The position numbers and the translations under genes were made by a program. The notes under the pieces were generated by a model. The model was not told the origin of the DNA, did not search any database, and saw only the letters and a list, made by a program, of their open reading frames with translations. Source: an uncultured Pseudomonadales bacterium (GTDB lineage: Bacteria; Pseudomonadota; Gammaproteobacteria; Pseudomonadales; Azotimanducaceae). From it: DNA of 64,000 bases. The DNA lies in the NCBI GenBank assembly GCA_905182155.1, contig CAJJAX010000036.1, forward strand, positions 2,782 through 66,781, in the 5' to 3' direction. Of the stretch, positions 48,775 to 58,660 are shown piece after piece. The first letter of the stretch is position 1; each line of letters opens with the position of its first letter.

Positions 48775-49644
48775 CTTTAAAGATAAGGTGGTTGTGGTTA
48801 CGGGCGCTGGCGGCGGACTGGGTCGAGTGCAGCTCTCTGATTTGCTCGACGGGGCGCGCGCCTTGTGATCAATGACCTCGGCGGCACCGCCGATGGGGCA
48901 GGGCAGAGCGACATGGCCGATCAGGTGACGCAAGAAATCAGAGCCTTCGGCAATATTTCAGCGCGATATGTCTCGGCGGATATGTGCGATGGGCAAGCCT
49001 GCCGCGACTTGATTGCTGAAGTGGGGCGCTGCGATATTTTGGTCAACAATGCGGGCATTCTACGCGACAAATCTTTTAAGAAAATGACCCTGGATGATTG
49101 GGATATCGTCATTAATGTCCATTTAAACGGCACGGCTTACGTAACCCACGCTGCCTGGCCAATCCTTTATGAGAAAAACTACGGCCGGATTGTGCTCACC
49201 AGTTCGACCTCGGGTATTTTCGGAAACTTCGGCCAAAGTAATTATGGTGCCGCGAAAATGGGCATGGTGGGATTGATGAATGTGTTGGCACTCGAGGGTG
49301 CCTCACACAACATCCGGATCAACACGCTGGCCCCGGCTGCCGCGACTCGACTGACCAACACCATACCCGGACGTGACGAGGATCTTGAACAGCCCGATCC
49401 AGAAAGAGCCCCACACCTGGTAACCCCCGCTGTTTTATATATGTGCAGCGAGGACGCGCCAACCGGAAAGATTTTTCAAGCGGGTAATGGCCGATTCAGC
49501 ATGGCAGCGATGTACAGTAATGAGGGCGTAAACCAAGGCGCCGATGCTGACTTTGAATCCTTTTTAGCCGCCAAGGATCAGATACTCGATCTCAATGAGG
49601 CCAAGCAAGGCTGGTGGCGCCGGCGTGGGAAAAGTAGCGCCTAG
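48767..49644 (+). pseudogene. MFE-2/HSD17B4-like SDR (3-hydroxyacyl-CoA dehydrogenase type) with a frameshift near 48822-48828 and an in-frame TGA at 48838-48840
   Basis: ATG 48767 (after AAGGAGA) gives MNDFKDKVVVVTGAGGGLGR, which then runs out of frame. The second frame reads SSAAL-TGA-FARRGARLVINDLGGTADGAGQS...ILVNNAGILRDKSF...SSTSGIFGNFGQSNYGAAKMG. That is colinear with the MFE-2 dehydrogenase domain. Confidence 0.75.
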
Positions 49645-49710
49645 CGCCGCTGAACCCTTCGGGCGGTAAAAGCCCCTTGCATCAAACAACCCAAGCGCGA
49701 GGGAACCGAC

Positions 49711-51127
49711 TCAATCGCGCTCGAGACGCAGCGTGTTTTTGATACTGGGCAGTTGATCTCGATGATCATGACTGACATAGAGCACCGTGGTTTCGCGGCC
49801 CTGTATTAACTTTTCGATCAGGGCGAGGACCAACCCTCGATTAAAAGCGTCCAGCCCCAAGCATGGTTCGTCGAGTATCAGCAGTGCTGGCTGCTTGACC
49901 AGCGCGCGCGCAATTAAAAGCAACCGCTGATTGCCAAAACTTTGCTGGGTAAAGGGTTGCTGCCGGGCCCCGGTTAAACCGATTAACGCAAGCCATGAAG
50001 CCGCCGCTGACTTTTGCGCCGCAGTGGGGCGTTGGTAAACGCCAACGCTATCAAAGAATCCAGAGATAATGACGCTCTCAACGGTCCCGCTGACGCGATA
50101 CGCTAAATGTAATTCAGAGGAAACAAACCCGATGTACTGCTTGATCTGCCAAATACTTTCACCACTGCCCCGCTTGAAGCCAAATACTTCCAAATCATTG
50201 GTGTAGCAATGCGGACTATCGCCCGTAATCAGGCTGAGCAAGGTGGTCTTACCTGAGCCATTCGCGCCAGAGACTTGCCAGTGCACACCGGGATCAATGC
50301 GCCAATTGAGACCATCAAAGATGACCCGATCTTCAAAGCGGACGCGGATATCGCGCATCTCAACCAGTGCTCGCTCAGCGGAAAGCCCTGGCACCGAACT
50401 GGGCAAGGGGGCTGGCAAAGCTTGCGCTTCATTGGTTAAAACAACCATTTGACCAAGCCAAGATCTCGCCGCCGTCGGATCCATGGGACCTTGATAATCA
50501 ATGCGTCCGCCTGATAAGTACGCGACATGATCAATCCAGTCAGGCAATGCAGCCCAATCGTTTAGTACCAGGAGCACCGTTTTACCGCCGACAAAATCCG
50601 CAAGACTGTCCATGGCCACCTCGCGACTGCCATCATCAAGGCCCGCTAAGGGTTCATCTAATATAAGCAGGCTAGGCTTTGACATTAAAGCCATCGCAAT
50701 AGGCACCAGCTGGCCCGCGTTCGGCCCCGTGCTGACGAAACCGCTGGCCCAACAAAGGCTGGAGTTGAAAGCGGCGGATGAGTTCGGTCAAAACTTTGTC
50801 GACGGGATTGAGTTCACTTAGAATGTCGGCGACCGACGAGCCTTTAAATTTATCATCAGCACCGTCATATTGATGCCGCTCACGGTCTATAAGCGCTAGG
50901 TGTGCCGCCGCTGACACCACAACCGCATTTTGGGGAATTCCGCGCGCCTGCCCTGACTGAATCCGGCCGCCGCCTTCAATAAGCCCGAGCAAGACCGATT
51001 TCCCTGAACCGTTGCGACCCGCTATAAACCATTTCTGGCCGCTTTCAATCTGCCAGCTGATTGGCCCCAGGGTGCCCGTTTCAGAAAATCTGAAGGTCGC
51101 TTGATCGAGCGTCACAAGCGGGCTCAT
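49711..51127 (-). pseudogene. modF: ModF-like tandem ABC ATPase, frame broken at about 50705-50750
   Basis: The N-terminal ORF has Walker A GRNGSGKS and ends ...LLGQRFRQHGAERGPAGAYCDGFNVKA*. The other frame continues QLVPIAMALMSKPSLLILDEP (Walker B). A second ATPase domain follows (GANGSGKTTLLSLITGD...LLILDEPCLGLD). Colinear with E. coli ModF as I recall it. Confidence 0.75.
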
Positions 51128-51169
51128 ACCGACCTCGCCCAGCTGGATGAATCATCCACAACGGGCTCT

Positions 51170-52643
51170 TTACACGATGGCTTTCATCGCTGTCATGTAA
51201 CCCCGAAGCGTTTGCCCAATGGCTTCCACGGGATGACTGCGGATTTCTTGGTTTACGGCAATCAGAACCTGGTTATCAACCCCTACATCATTCAAACCCA
51301 AGCCCCGACCAATCACATCAGTCTCGAGCGGCGCGATAAACTCCGCCAGTAAAGGCAAACAAGCGTGGTTGTATAAATAACAGCCGTACTCGGCAGTGTC
51401 TGAAATCGTACTGTTCATTTCGAAAAGCTTTTTGCGCGCAATGGTATTTGCAATCAGCGGAACCTCATGCAGGCTTTCGTAATAGGCAGATTCTGCTTTA
51501 ATGCCCGCGGCCGTCATGGTCTCGAAAGCCAGCTCAACCCCAGCCTTAACCATGGCGATCATCAAAATACCTTGGTCAAAGTAGGTTTGCTCACCGATGT
51601 CAGCATCGGTCACAGCGGTTGTTTCAAATGCGCTCTGGCTGGTTTCATGGCGCCAGCCTAAAAGTTTGGCATCGTCATCCTGCCAATCCGCCATCATGCC
51701 GCCGCTAAAGGTCCCGGTCATGATGTCATCCATATGTTTTTCATACAGCGGACGCATGATCTGCTTCATCTCATCGGAAAGATCAAACGCGCGCAGCTTC
51801 GCCGGATTGGAGAGCCGGTCCATCATGTTGGTAATCCCACCATGCTTAAGCGCCTCGGTGATGGTCTCCCAACCGTACTGGACCAACTTTGCCGCATAGG
51901 CCGCATCGACGCCTTTATCAACCATCTTATCGAAGCAGAGCAGTGAGCCCGTTTGAAGCATTCCACAAAGGATGGTCTGCTCGCCCATGAGATCAGATTT
52001 TACTTCGGCAACGAAAGAGCTCATCAAGACACCGGCCCGATGGCCACCTGTGCCGGCAGCATAGGCCTTGGCAATGGCAAGGCCTTCCCCTCGCGGGTCA
52101 TTATCAGCATGAACCGCAATTAAAGTTGGTACACCAAAGCCTCGCTTATATTCTTCGCGGACCTCCGTGCCGGGACACTTAGGCGCCACCATCACAACGG
52201 TTAGATCTGCCCGTATCTTTTGACCTTCTTCAACAATATTGAAACCATGAGAGTAGGCGAGGCAAGCGCCGTGCTTCATCAGAGGCATGACCTGCTCGAC
52301 AACCTGCGTATGCTGCTTGTCGGGTGTCAGGTTAAGCACTAAATCAGCTGTCGGAATGAGTTCCTCGTAGGTGCCAACGGTGAAAGCCATTGCCGTCTGC
52401 ATTCAGGAAAGACTGACGCTTTTCGTCGATCGCGGATTGCCGCAAGGTATAAGCGACATCAAGCCCGCTGTCCCGAAGGTTTAGCCCTTGGTTTAAGCCT
52501 TGGGAGCCACAACCGACCACCACGATCTTCTTGCCACGTAGATAATCAACGCCGCCTTCGAACTCGGAGGCGTTCATGAACTCGCACTGACCTAATTGCG
52601 CCAATTGCGCTCGCAAAGACAGAGAATTGAAATAATTGGCCAC
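51170..52643 (-). pseudogene. ilvC: Ketol-acid reductoisomerase (class II IlvC) with a 1-nt insertion in a T-run (A3 at 52383-52385 on the plus strand)
   Basis: [23 protein letters not shown]...[23 protein letters not shown]...NADGNGF shifts frame and continues [24 protein letters not shown]...[29 protein letters not shown]. This is near-identical in layout to E. coli IlvC. The sequence ggc-ttt-c-acc-gtt would read GFTVG with one T fewer. Confidence 0.9.
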
Positions 52644-52884
52644 GTCGCGCCCCTTGGAAAAAAAGAGGCCTAACTCTAAGGGAAAACCGCCTGAAAATAA
52701 ATTACTTCATCGACTTTGTTCGACCGCAATGACGGTCTTCGGAGGCGAGTTAGCCGTTAACAGCACGCTAAACCGGCGCCATTTGATCAATTCAGCCCGC
52801 CAGCGAGCCTAAACCGCACCCAATCAAACTGATGAGGTCCACTACATGGCAATCGCGACACACCAAACGACGGGGCCTTCACGC

Positions 52885-53727
52885 TCATTGATAGGCCTGC
52901 AGCGGACCACCTTCAATGGTGATTCGATGCATGCGCCGAGACTGACCTTGGTAGTCATTCTGAGCAAAATGCCAAGTGGCCCGGTTATCCCAAAAAGCAA
53001 TCGTCCCCGGTTGCCAATCAACCCGTTCGACTTGGTCGTCCGCCACCGCCGACTGGTAAAGATCGTTCAACAAGGGCGCTGACTCCTCCTGAGTCCAGCC
53101 CTCAAACCTAAGCGTAAAGCCTGGGTTCACATATAGGACAGGACGACCGCTCAAGGGGTGCCGCACGACAACGGGATGAATCGGGTCCGGCAAAGCATCG
53201 GCTAGATCCGGCCGGCCCATCCTCGCCTGACTAATATTCTTTTGCATGTACTCGGATTGGTTACCAAAAACATGCTTCGCAGAATGCACCGCATTCAGGG
53301 TCAACAGTACCGTTTTCAACCCATCAGACAATTGATCGAAGGCGCGATACATACTGGCGAACCACGTGTCCCCGCCAGTTTCCGGCAGCACTCGCGCGAC
53401 CAAGATCGAGCCCAGAGCGGGAATCTGATCATAGGAGTGATCGGTATGCCAACCACCGCCGATGTTCTCCTGTTGATCCGGTTCTTTTTCAACCATCGCG
53501 ATTTGTGGGTAATCCGAATGGGCTTTGAAAAATCGATTGGTATTAACCTGCCCCCAACGCTCAGCGAGCGCCAAGTGGTCCGTCTCTGCCAGGTCCTGAC
53601 CTCTGAAAATCAGCAAGCCATGCTGCGCAAAAGCTGTTTTGAGTTGCACGTCCTGCCCATCCGTCAGGGTCTTCACATCCACCTCGGTGACTTCTGCCCC
53701 GACCGCATTCAACGGCGTAATTTTCAT
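52885..53727 (-). CDS. TauD/TfdA-family Fe(II)/2-oxoglutarate dioxygenase
   Basis: 280-aa ORF with GGGWHTDHSY (HxD iron ligands) and the C-terminal WDNRATWH. Confidence 0.85.
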   Translation of the reverse strand: MKITPLNAVGAEVTEVDVKTLTDGQDVQLKTAFAQHGLLIFRGQDLAETDHLALAERWGQVNTNRFFKAHSDYPQIAMVEKEPDQQENIGGGWHTDHSYDQIPALGSILVARVLPETGGDTWFASMYRAFDQLSDGLKTVLLTLNAVHSAKHVFGNQSEYMQKNISQARMGRPDLADALPDPIHPVVVRHPLSGRPVLYVNPGFTLRFEGWTQEESAPLLNDLYQSAVADDQVERVDWQPGTIAFWDNRATWHFAQNDYQGQSRRMHRITIEGGPLQAYQ

Positions 53728-53942
53728 GAACCTTGCTCCCTTTTGTTCTCATCAACCCGTCGTCAGGGGTCACGCCTTATCATGACGATACTCGAAACCT
53801 TGATCAATCGCTTCATGACGACCCTTGAACTCTAATCTCGGGCGCGCAATGCCCGCTCGCGTTTCATCAAACGCGGCGCGTGCGCCTGATGCGCATAATC
53901 CAACAGGGCTTAAGCCGGTAAGGTTATCCAAATCATGTCTGG

Positions 53943-54722
53943 TTATGACTCAATCCCATCAGCGCCCTGATCGAGACCATTGCCGCGGATCATTTGCTGA
54001 ATCTCATCGACATAGTCCTGCCCTCGTTCGGAATACCGCAGCAAACCATCTGCGACCGCCTCGCCGGTAATCGGTTTGTTGGCAGTCCGAAGATCAGTTC
54101 GGCGTTGACGGAGCAACGCATAGGCCGGGTGACTATTTAAGGTCAGCAGGTAGTAGGCGACACCCGCCTGAACCGATGCAAAAGCCGCAACTTGATGCGT
54201 TGATTCAGCGCTGGCTCGTCGGGGCTTCACACCGCACCCTTTGGTAAAGCACCAAAGGCCAAAAAAATTTCGATGGTCTTGGGCGAACCGAGACGTCCCC
54301 CAGGCGGATTCATTCGCTGCTTGCGCCAGCGCCAACCCTTCGGGCACCTCATCGACGCGCATCAGTAAATCGTTCAGCACCGCACGATCAGATAACGTCT
54401 CCCGATTGGGAACCCGATACTTCTTAGCCAGGCGCCGAATATCCAGGGCATCATCGCCTGAATCAATGCCAGCAGCCTGAGCACGGGCCTTGATCAACTC
54501 GAGCATCTGACGCTCCGCCCGGATATTGCCATTTTCGATGCGGACCCTGGGCCTGACAAAATCGAAAAACGCCTGTTTTTTCTCAGCAACCTCTTTATAG
54601 GCGCTAAAATCAGGAACGGCTTCCGGCGGCGTGGGTTGAAGCCAGAAAATCGCAATCACCCCAAAGAAGACCAATAAGGCGCCGAACACCCATTGGCGCT
54701 TGAGACCAAAGGCAACCTTCAT
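53943..54722 (-). CDS. Bax-like glucosaminidase-domain protein (membrane anchored)
   Basis: 259-aa ORF with an N-terminal TM helix and ALAQAANESAWGTSRFAQDHRNFFGLWCF, the glucosaminidase motif shared with E. coli Bax and FlgJ-type enzymes. Confidence 0.7.
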   Translation of the reverse strand: MKVAFGLKRQWVFGALLVFFGVIAIFWLQPTPPEAVPDFSAYKEVAEKKQAFFDFVRPRVRIENGNIRAERQMLELIKARAQAAGIDSGDDALDIRRLAKKYRVPNRETLSDRAVLNDLLMRVDEVPEGLALAQAANESAWGTSRFAQDHRNFFGLWCFTKGCGVKPRRASAESTHQVAAFASVQAGVAYYLLTLNSHPAYALLRQRRTDLRTANKPITGEAVADGLLRYSERGQDYVDEIQQMIRGNGLDQGADGIES

Positions 54723-56170
54723 CGCGGCTGACCCGAGTCAAACCGTTCTTTTAATAATCGTTTGATTTCTTGGTGCCGGCGCTCATCGATTTGATAACCT
54801 AAGTACATCAGCACGCCGAGTACCGTAAACACCGAGGTGGCGGGCCCCGCGATAAACCCAAGCAGCCAAACCGTGTCGGCTGGGACCGAGCCCATCAAAG
54901 CCCCCCGAGGGAATTGAATCAAATCCAGTAGCGTTCCACCAAAAACCAACCCCATCGAACTGGTTGCCTTGACCGCAAAGGAACGCGCCGAGAAAATCAC
55001 CCCTTCCCGGCGAAAACCGGTGTCCAGTTCGTGTTCATCCGCAATATCAGCAAACATCGAATTCAGGGTTGCGAAGATGATCGGCGCGAGGGACGCGGTA
55101 ACCAAACCGCTCAAAATTAAAACCGCCAGTAAACTTTGACTGCCCTGTGCCGGAAACCATGAGACGCCTGAAAGCGACAGCACAATCGGGATATTAATGT
55201 TCACAATAACCAATAAGGCCGAAACAATTAGCGTGCGTTTTTTATCGAGCCATCGCGTCATCATTGGCAAGAAGGATAACGACAGAAACAAACCGAAAAG
55301 CTGTGCCAATGGAATCCAGCGTAACTGCTCGGTGGTTAATCCCCAAAAGTGGAAACCCATAAAAGGATTAAACACCCCTTCAACCGACAGGACCAACGTG
55401 CTCAGCATCATGCCAAAAAAGATGGCTCGAAATGATCGGTTATTAAAGGCGTCTCGAAACTCTCCAATCAAATCAGCTAACCGCATCAATTGACGCGGGT
55501 CCTGATCGACGTGACGAACCAACCTGGGAATCTCGCGACGGGTGCCGACCACGCAGACAATAATGGCAAAAATCATTAACCCAGCGGCCATTAAAGACCA
55601 GGGCTGATACGCAGCTTTATTGAGCAACCCCGGATTAAAGACTTCGGTGGTTGGGAAAAACAAGGTGTATGAGATCGGGACAAACAGCGCCCCACCCAGA
55701 AACCCGAAAAACGTACTCATTGCATACAATGTTGAGCGCTGGTGATAGTCCTCGGCCAACTCAGCGCCCAAGGCCAGGTGGGGGACGTGATAGAGCGTCA
55801 AAGAGGCTCTCACCAAAACCGCAAAAACCAGCAGCCAAAGAAAGTGCGCCCAATCGGAGGCCATGCCAGGTGGATTAAACAGGCAATAAAAACTCACGCC
55901 AAGCGGCAGCGCTGCCATCAGAATCAACGGATGTCGCCTGCCAAACCGGGTCCGTAACTTGTCCGAAAATGACCCAATCAACGGATCTGAAACCGCATCA
56001 AACATCAGCGCTATCGCCAGCGCAATGGAGGTTAGCGTTGCCGAGACGCCGAGCACTTGATTGTAATAAAACAATAAAAAGACATTAAACCCAGCGTTTT
56101 TAATGGCCTCAGCAAACTGCCCGAAACCAAAACTAAACATGACCGGGAATTTTAATCGATGGATCGTCAT
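54719..56170 (-). CDS. GPH-family (glycoside-pentoside-hexuronide type) MFS symporter
   Basis: 483-aa ORF with FYYNQVLGVSATLTSIALAIALMFDAVSDPLIGSFSDKLRTRFGRRHP, the GPH signature region. Its stop overlaps the Bax-like ATG (ATGA). Confidence 0.75.
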   Translation of the reverse strand: MTIHRLKFPVMFSFGFGQFAEAIKNAGFNVFLLFYYNQVLGVSATLTSIALAIALMFDAVSDPLIGSFSDKLRTRFGRRHPLILMAALPLGVSFYCLFNPPGMASDWAHFLWLLVFAVLVRASLTLYHVPHLALGAELAEDYHQRSTLYAMSTFFGFLGGALFVPISYTLFFPTTEVFNPGLLNKAAYQPWSLMAAGLMIFAIIVCVVGTRREIPRLVRHVDQDPRQLMRLADLIGEFRDAFNNRSFRAIFFGMMLSTLVLSVEGVFNPFMGFHFWGLTTEQLRWIPLAQLFGLFLSLSFLPMMTRWLDKKRTLIVSALLVIVNINIPIVLSLSGVSWFPAQGSQSLLAVLILSGLVTASLAPIIFATLNSMFADIADEHELDTGFRREGVIFSARSFAVKATSSMGLVFGGTLLDLIQFPRGALMGSVPADTVWLLGFIAGPATSVFTVLGVLMYLGYQIDERRHQEIKRLLKERFDSGQPR

Positions 56171-56483
56171 TGACTACCAAATTAAGCAAAGACCGCACAG
56201 TCTCTGACAATTTTCTTGTCAGCACAACGTCAATGACGTGCCACAGCGCAGACGCTGCTTTGTGATGCCCTCGCAGCTTAAGCGCCTCGCCGGTGCGTGG
56301 CACCGCAACCTCCAAATTACGGCCGCGTTCGAACCGGTTCAGCGGTTCAGGAATCCCGCACTTGGGTTAGAGGCACCTAGGATCAGCGGTTGTGATCCCG
56401 CGCCAACCTACCCCTCACGCCGCGCAATCAACCTGGTCGTCCAGCCATTCATACCGGTTTCGTCGTTCTTCGAGGGTTTTCGA

Positions 56484-57824
56484 TCAGGTTGCCAGGCCCG
56501 AGATCAGAATCACCAGAATGACGCACGGTAAAGGATATTTGAGCAACCCATACCAAAGCCGGAACTGCCAAGCCCGTGGAAAGACCACCTCCGCAGCAAG
56601 CTGATCTCGCTTTAAAACCCAACCCGCGAAGACAGCAATCAGCAAACCCCCGACCGGCAATAACAATTGATTGGAGATAAAGTCGGTCAGTCCATTTAAA
56701 TCAAATCCGAGGATTTGAAGCGTGGACCAAGTGCTGTAGGTCAAGATGCTCACCAGAGACACCAGCATTAAAGACAGGATCATAAGCCAGGTGCTTTTGA
56801 TTCGACTGATGCCAGTGACCCGAGCAAGGGTTGCGACTAAGGGTTCCACAAACCCCACCATCGAGGTCATCGCCGCAACCGACAAAAGCAAGAAAAACAG
56901 GCCACCCACCAGCGCGCCCAAGGGCAGTTGTCCAAAGGCAATGGGCAGCACTTTAAAGATGAGGCCAACACCACCGGCCGGGTCTAGACCGTAGCGAAAC
57001 ACCAACGGAAAAATCATCAACCCTGCTAAGAGGGCAATGGCGGTATCCGCAATGATAATCAAGACCCCGTACCGCACAATCGACTGCCCTGGCGGCAAGT
57101 AGGCGCCAAAAATCATTAACCCAGCCATGGCAACCCCAATTGAAAAGAAGGCTTGCCCGATTGCCGCTAAAAACACCTGGGGGGTAATCTTCGAAAAATC
57201 TGCTTGAAACAGATAGTCCCAACCCACCCAAAAGCTCGGATGAAACGCGTTATACGTTACAAGCCCAATCATGAGCACAAACAACAACGGCATGAGCACC
57301 CGCACGGCGCGTTCGATGCCTTTTTGAACGCCCCCAGCGATGATGACGCCGGTCAGCGTCATCGCAACCGTCATCCATAAAAACATGACCATGGGGCTTG
57401 CCAAAAGGGTCGAGAAATACTGATTGGATGCGGCCTGATCGATCGAGGCGAAAGCGCCGCTTGAAACCGACCAAAGATAGTAAAGCACCCAGCCTGCAAC
57501 GGTTGCATAGGTCGCCATAATTAGAAATGCCGTGAGCAGATTCAACCCACCCACCCAGCGCCAAAGCGAGGCGGCATCGGAAGCTCTTGCAAGACGGCCG
57601 AAGGTCTGGATCGGGTCGCCCTGACCCCGTCGACCGAGCGCAATCTCAGCCATCACAATCGGTAGCCCAATGATGAGCACACAGCCCAGATACACCAGTA
57701 CAAACGCCGCGCCGCCGTTTTCGCCAGTGATATAAGGGAAGCGCCAGATATTGCCCAACCCAACGGCAAACCCCACGGCGGCCATTAAAAAACCAAAGGG
57801 CGTTTTAAACGTTTCTTGTTTGAT
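56484..57824 (-). CDS. Sodium-dependent SNF/NSS-family transporter; start codon uncertain
   Basis: AVGLGNIWRFPY is the NSS TM1 signature. The track ORF starts at ATG 57785, in the middle of TM1. The frame is open upstream (IKQETFKTPFGFL-M...) back to an ATC at 57824, which sits 8 nt after AAGGA. There is no ATG, GTG or TTG in that extension. Confidence 0.8.
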   Translation of the reverse strand: MKQETFKTPFGFLMAAVGFAVGLGNIWRFPYITGENGGAAFVLVYLGCVLIIGLPIVMAEIALGRRGQGDPIQTFGRLARASDAASLWRWVGGLNLLTAFLIMATYATVAGWVLYYLWSVSSGAFASIDQAASNQYFSTLLASPMVMFLWMTVAMTLTGVIIAGGVQKGIERAVRVLMPLLFVLMIGLVTYNAFHPSFWVGWDYLFQADFSKITPQVFLAAIGQAFFSIGVAMAGLMIFGAYLPPGQSIVRYGVLIIIADTAIALLAGLMIFPLVFRYGLDPAGGVGLIFKVLPIAFGQLPLGALVGGLFFLLLSVAAMTSMVGFVEPLVATLARVTGISRIKSTWLMILSLMLVSLVSILTYSTWSTLQILGFDLNGLTDFISNQLLLPVGGLLIAVFAGWVLKRDQLAAEVVFPRAWQFRLWYGLLKYPLPCVILVILISGLAT

Positions 57825-58660
57825 AAGCCTTATCCTTACTAATTAATTCAGCGCCGTCTATTTTGTAATTTCCCGTGTTCGTTTTGATGCAGACCGCCAT
57901 CCCTTAGAAAAACCAGACCTCATCGGCAGCCGGGGTGCTTTTTACAGGGCGCCCGGCGTTCAAGGCGCGTTGTCGACGCATTGCGCGCGCCTGCACCCAA
58001 AAAATCTTTCGAGGCAACCATCGTACAAGTAAGCGCCCCGGTAAACAAAGAGGCAAGACCCTGAATCCTGTTGCCATCTGAAAACCCAACGGAACGCCCG
58101 AGACGCGTCAATGCTGGGTAGCCGCCTTGAAATCCCCAGCACCCGGCCCAATCCTTTCGTCAAAGCGGCATGACTTTGTTACAAGGACTGCTCAACACCT
58201 TGGTAATCTTCCTGTCTCGACTTGCGGGATTCTACGTCGACAAGGTTGTTCTCAAAAATCAGCGGAGCTTGGGCATCGATTATGTCATCACCTGAATTCT
58301 TGCTTAGATTTTCCGGTTGTACCTTGCAATCCTCATCGCCCTTTGATTTTCACGGCGACGAGCATTCCGCGCCGATGAAGGCGGGGCCCATTTAGCCGGT
58401 AAGCAAAAAAGGATCAACGCCTTGAAGAAACGTCAACAGGTTAGCGAGCCGCAAGATTTACCGAGCGCATTTGCAGCGTTTGGGATCTCGGGGTCCAGGG
58501 GGGGTATTAGTCAATTGTTTTGCAGTCACCCGCCACTCGAGCACCGCCTCAAATCTTTACAATAAGCCCAGATTCTCTAAAGGAATCCTGTATTGAGCCA
58601 AGGCCCGGAGTTCGATAGGGTATCCAAACTTAAAACCTAACCATCAAAGAGCCTTTCCCT

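Noticed and set aside
53242-53835. 197-aa plus-strand ORF opposite the TauD-family gene
   Set aside because: It is antisense to a gene with clear HxD dioxygenase motifs and its composition is not protein-like.
56133-56315. 60-aa minus-strand ORF (MEVAVPRTGEALKLRGHH...), considered as a possible small antitoxin-like protein
   Set aside because: It overlaps the start of the GPH permease in another frame, has no RBS and no convincing ribbon-helix-helix or AbrB pattern.
58127-58378. 83-aa plus-strand ORF in the long spacer
   Set aside because: It is Pro/Arg/Cys/His-rich and not protein-like, with no RBS. The region is treated instead as unexplained non-coding sequence.
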